DNA of 64,000 nt from Eledone cirrhosa (lineage: Eukaryota), in the NCBI GenBank assembly GCA_964016885.1, contig OZ024747.1:87544001-87608000 (forward strand). Direction: 5' to 3'. Below the pieces are notes generated by a model, which saw nothing but the letters and a program-made list of their open reading frames with translations, ran no database searches and had not been told where the DNA came from. The translations under genes were made by a program, and so were the position numbers. Shown here one piece after another: positions 62,501 to 64,000 of the stretch (positions are counted from its first letter, which is position 1; every line of letters starts with the position of its first letter).

Positions 62501-63394
62501 TTCAGAGTATTTGTTCTGGTTTTCTGCACTCTGAATTCATATCTTGCTGAGGTCAACTCTGCCTTTCAACCTTTTGGTGTTGGTAAATGATGTAGCAGCT
62601 CAATGCAGTGGAGTTGTGGAACTGTTAGGATGTGATGGCAGATCCTTGTAGTAACTCTTTTGTCCCTTGGAATTCTGAGATCACCAGAGACATCATTGAT
62701 TTGAAACTGTACTGGCCTTTGTCCTTCCCTTGGATAACATTGGGTATGGAGAAGGGAGACTTGGATGACTGCTGGCCTTACATAGAAAAACCCAGTCATG
62801 GACTGCATGTTGTAGGAGATCTTTCCAAATGCAGACACATAATCAATCATAAGTGAAGGAGGCCTACCATGTAGACTGAAACATTATGTCAGTTAAAACA
62901 AACTAAATAGACTAAGATCTGGTGTTGGACGTGCAAAAGACACTCTTGCAAAATGTGGATATTTAAAGGATGGGGACATTGTGTGACTGTGGCATCAAAC
63001 CAAAGACTATGTGGTACCTCCTGATATGTCCCCTGCTGGAACACCTCTACACAACATTAGACTTGGCAGAGTTTAATGAGAAAGGACAGCAATATGTTCA
63101 ACTGTGGTGGAATCACATCTAGCCAAACTTTGTAATTGACACTCTTGTGGACACGACAAGAGGAAGAACAACAACAACACCATGTGGTTGCTACAGGGGA
63201 GTTAATCAATACAAGTATATGTACAAAGAAAATATGATTATTTGGAAGATTTGTTTGAGAATAAGAAAATCTTGCTTTTCTTTCTTACCTGTCCATATAG
63301 CGCCGTGCTTCAACATTGTCTAATGCATTAATGAGAACATCCTGGTTTTCAAAGAAAGCATCACTATAGATGGTGTATTCAGTCTGAGGACAGA
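47393..63394 (-). CDS. UBA6: Ubiquitin-like modifier-activating enzyme 6 (E1), 5'-partial; 16 coding exons in window
   Basis: Minus-strand exons 63394-63289, 62025-61920, 60803-60714, 60217-60137, 59784-59656, 57314-57263, 56460-56397, 54920-54851, 53697-53626, 52359-52257, 51376-51297, 50865-50752, 50598-50471, 49815-49728, 48773-48679, 47516-47393; phases consistent. Motifs [32 protein letters not shown] (catalytic Cys), [36 protein letters not shown], and the UBA6-type C-terminus [14 protein letters not shown]...KYVDL...PGPPLRYHF. Confidence 0.94.
48679..48773 (-). CDS. UBA6: UBA6 exon (ubiquitin-fold domain)
   Basis: [31 protein letters not shown]. Confidence 0.92.
49728..49815 (-). CDS. 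UBA6: UBA6 exon (ubiquitin-fold domain)
   Basis: [29 protein letters not shown]. Confidence 0.92.
50471..50598 (-). CDS. UBA6: UBA6 exon
   Basis: [42 protein letters not shown]. Confidence 0.93.
50752..50865 (-). CDS. UBA6: UBA6 exon
   Basis: [38 protein letters not shown]. Confidence 0.94.
50990..51240 (-). mobile_element. Chapaev-like (CMC) transposase fragment
   Basis: Minus strand [30 protein letters not shown]. Confidence 0.6.
51297..51376 (-). CDS. UBA6: UBA6 exon
   Basis: [26 protein letters not shown]. Confidence 0.93.
51801..52055. repeat. Diverged palindrome with a degenerate hammerhead in each arm
   Basis: Arms are reverse-complementary (ttagttgttgattgtcatcaaagctct.../...agagcttttatgacatcaacaactaa); CTGAGGA at 51998-52004 (+) and 51852-51858 (-). 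Confidence 0.8.
52257..52359 (-). CDS. UBA6: UBA6 exon
   Basis: [34 protein letters not shown]. Confidence 0.87.
52430..53410 (+). mobile_element. Rearranged RTE LINE fragments
   Basis: [14 protein letters not shown]...[21 protein letters not shown]; RT motif [13 protein letters not shown] near 53355; related pieces at 31480-31820 (+) and 32090-32380 (-). Confidence 0.72.
53626..53697 (-). CDS. UBA6: UBA6 exon
   Basis: [24 protein letters not shown]. Confidence 0.87.
54851..54920 (-). CDS. UBA6: UBA6 exon
   Basis: [23 protein letters not shown]. Confidence 0.87.
55500..55855 (+). mobile_element. CRE-like (restriction-like endonuclease) non-LTR element 3' fragment
   Basis: KEDKYRGL...[10 protein letters not shown]...[12 protein letters not shown] resembles the CRE C-terminus (K..KY...P.A.ET.G...Q..S..I.RGN); same 3' tail (ccctaggcctagagcc...tgtgaccctagagcc) at 17950-18040. 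Confidence 0.65.
56397..56460 (-). CDS. UBA6: UBA6 exon
   Basis: [20 protein letters not shown]. Confidence 0.9.
57263..57314 (-). CDS. UBA6: UBA6 exon
   Basis: [17 protein letters not shown]. Confidence 0.9.
57528..57753 (+). repeat. 31-bp tandem minisatellite, 7 full units plus a partial
   Basis: Unit TGA(A/G)CCTGATAACTGATGC(A/C)AAATATATATA starting at 57528, 57559 ... 57745. Confidence 0.95.
57980..59592 (+). mobile_element. 5'-truncated RTE-group LINE; RT with an embedded PHD-like Cys/His finger; (GAT)n tail
   Basis: ORF 58122-59186: [21 protein letters not shown]...[12 protein letters not shown]...[32 protein letters not shown]; tail gttaaat(gat)n; preceded by a second 3'-end fragment of a related family. 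Confidence 0.9.
59656..59784 (-). CDS. UBA6: UBA6 exon
   Basis: [10 protein letters not shown]...[17 protein letters not shown]. Confidence 0.9.
60137..60217 (-). CDS. UBA6: UBA6 exon
   Basis: [27 protein letters not shown]. Confidence 0.9.
60328..60535. mobile_element. piggyBac-like TTAA MITE copy
   Basis: TTAA-CCCTTTAGCATTTA...TAAATGCTAAAGGG-TTAA. Confidence 0.85.
60714..60803 (-). CDS. UBA6: UBA6 exon with catalytic cysteine
   Basis: [30 protein letters not shown]; Cys codon at 60771-60773. Confidence 0.95.
61920..62025 (-). CDS. UBA6: UBA6 exon
   Basis: [35 protein letters not shown]. Confidence 0.94.
62880..63180 (+). mobile_element. Ingi/Vingi-like LINE 3' end
   Basis: [10 protein letters not shown]...KCGY...CDCG...QT..YLLICP Cys motif; tail ggacacgacaagaggaagaacaacaac. 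Confidence 0.55.
63289..63394 (-). CDS. UBA6: UBA6 exon (adenylation domain)
   Basis: [34 protein letters not shown]. Confidence 0.92.
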
Positions 63395-63734
63395 CTAAAC
63401 AAGATATGAAAAAGTAGAAGAGAAATGTAAAAACAAAACAAAAAAAAAATAAGAAAGAGATTTTGTATTTTATTTACAAGTAAAAATATTTAGACATGAC
63501 AAAAGATTCGCATGAAAATATGGTGTACATCAAATGATGTTTCCAATGTTGATGGTAAAGAATTTTATGGAAGAGGTTATAATGATTGAATCAAATACAG
63601 TACATAACTGAACCTTATTTTATTCAATTCTGAAAAGATGAAATATAATGCCAAGCCTGGCATGATTTCAACTGTGAATAGATTTAACAAAATATCACAA
63701 AACATTTTGTCTGGTACTCTATTATATGTATATA

Positions 63735-64000
63735 TATGATGGACTCTCCCGTTGATTCGACATATGAAGGTTCAACAGCCTTTTCAGTTCATTGTTTTAT
63801 GTTTATACCTCAAATGGCACCTCAATCCAGCTGCTGATTTACACGTCAATCCGTATTTAGTGCAGGGGACAGGATCTTGAATAGAGCAGGCTGGAATGCT
63901 TGACCGGATTCTGGTGTTAGATCTTATCTCATGAAGGTGGGCTAAACGAGATTTCTCAAAGCTCTTTATACCTTCATGGCAGACGGTTCTCCATCTTTTA
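63735..64000 (-). mobile_element. 3' end of the same BovB-like RTE family
   Basis: Reverse complement resembles 24480-24630 (aatgaactgaa...gttgaacc...tcaacgggagagtccatcat). Confidence 0.65.

Overview
AT-rich, microsatellite-dense eukaryotic DNA, almost certainly from an octopod cephalopod (cephalotocin-receptor-2-like gene, octopus-type SINEs and LINEs). Three spliced genes were rebuilt by hand from GT-AG junctions with consistent phases. (1) The 3' part of an EGFR/ErbB receptor tyrosine kinase (+, 17 exons, 1846-22009). (2) A cephalotocin receptor 2-like oxytocin/vasopressin-family GPCR (+, 34510-44042, with predicted tiny first and last coding exons). (3) The 3' part of the E1 enzyme UBA6 (-, 16 exons, 63394-47393), convergent with the GPCR. 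Introns and intergenic DNA hold a near-complete DD37D/maT transposon, a mariner remnant, hAT/piggyBac/TA-type MITEs, RTE, CRE and Penelope-like retroelement fragments, tRNA-derived SINEs and two 31-bp minisatellites. The most striking unexplained signal is a recurring class of short fold-back (palindromic) elements, mostly next to (TA)n, built around type I hammerhead-ribozyme motifs (CTGANGA...GAAA...NTH). About nine loci occur: two near-intact ribozymes (14818-14852 -, 45872-45988 +), two head-to-head double-hammerhead palindromes, and a near-perfect three-way junction lacking only the CUGANGA box. All homology calls rest on motif recognition; no searches were run.
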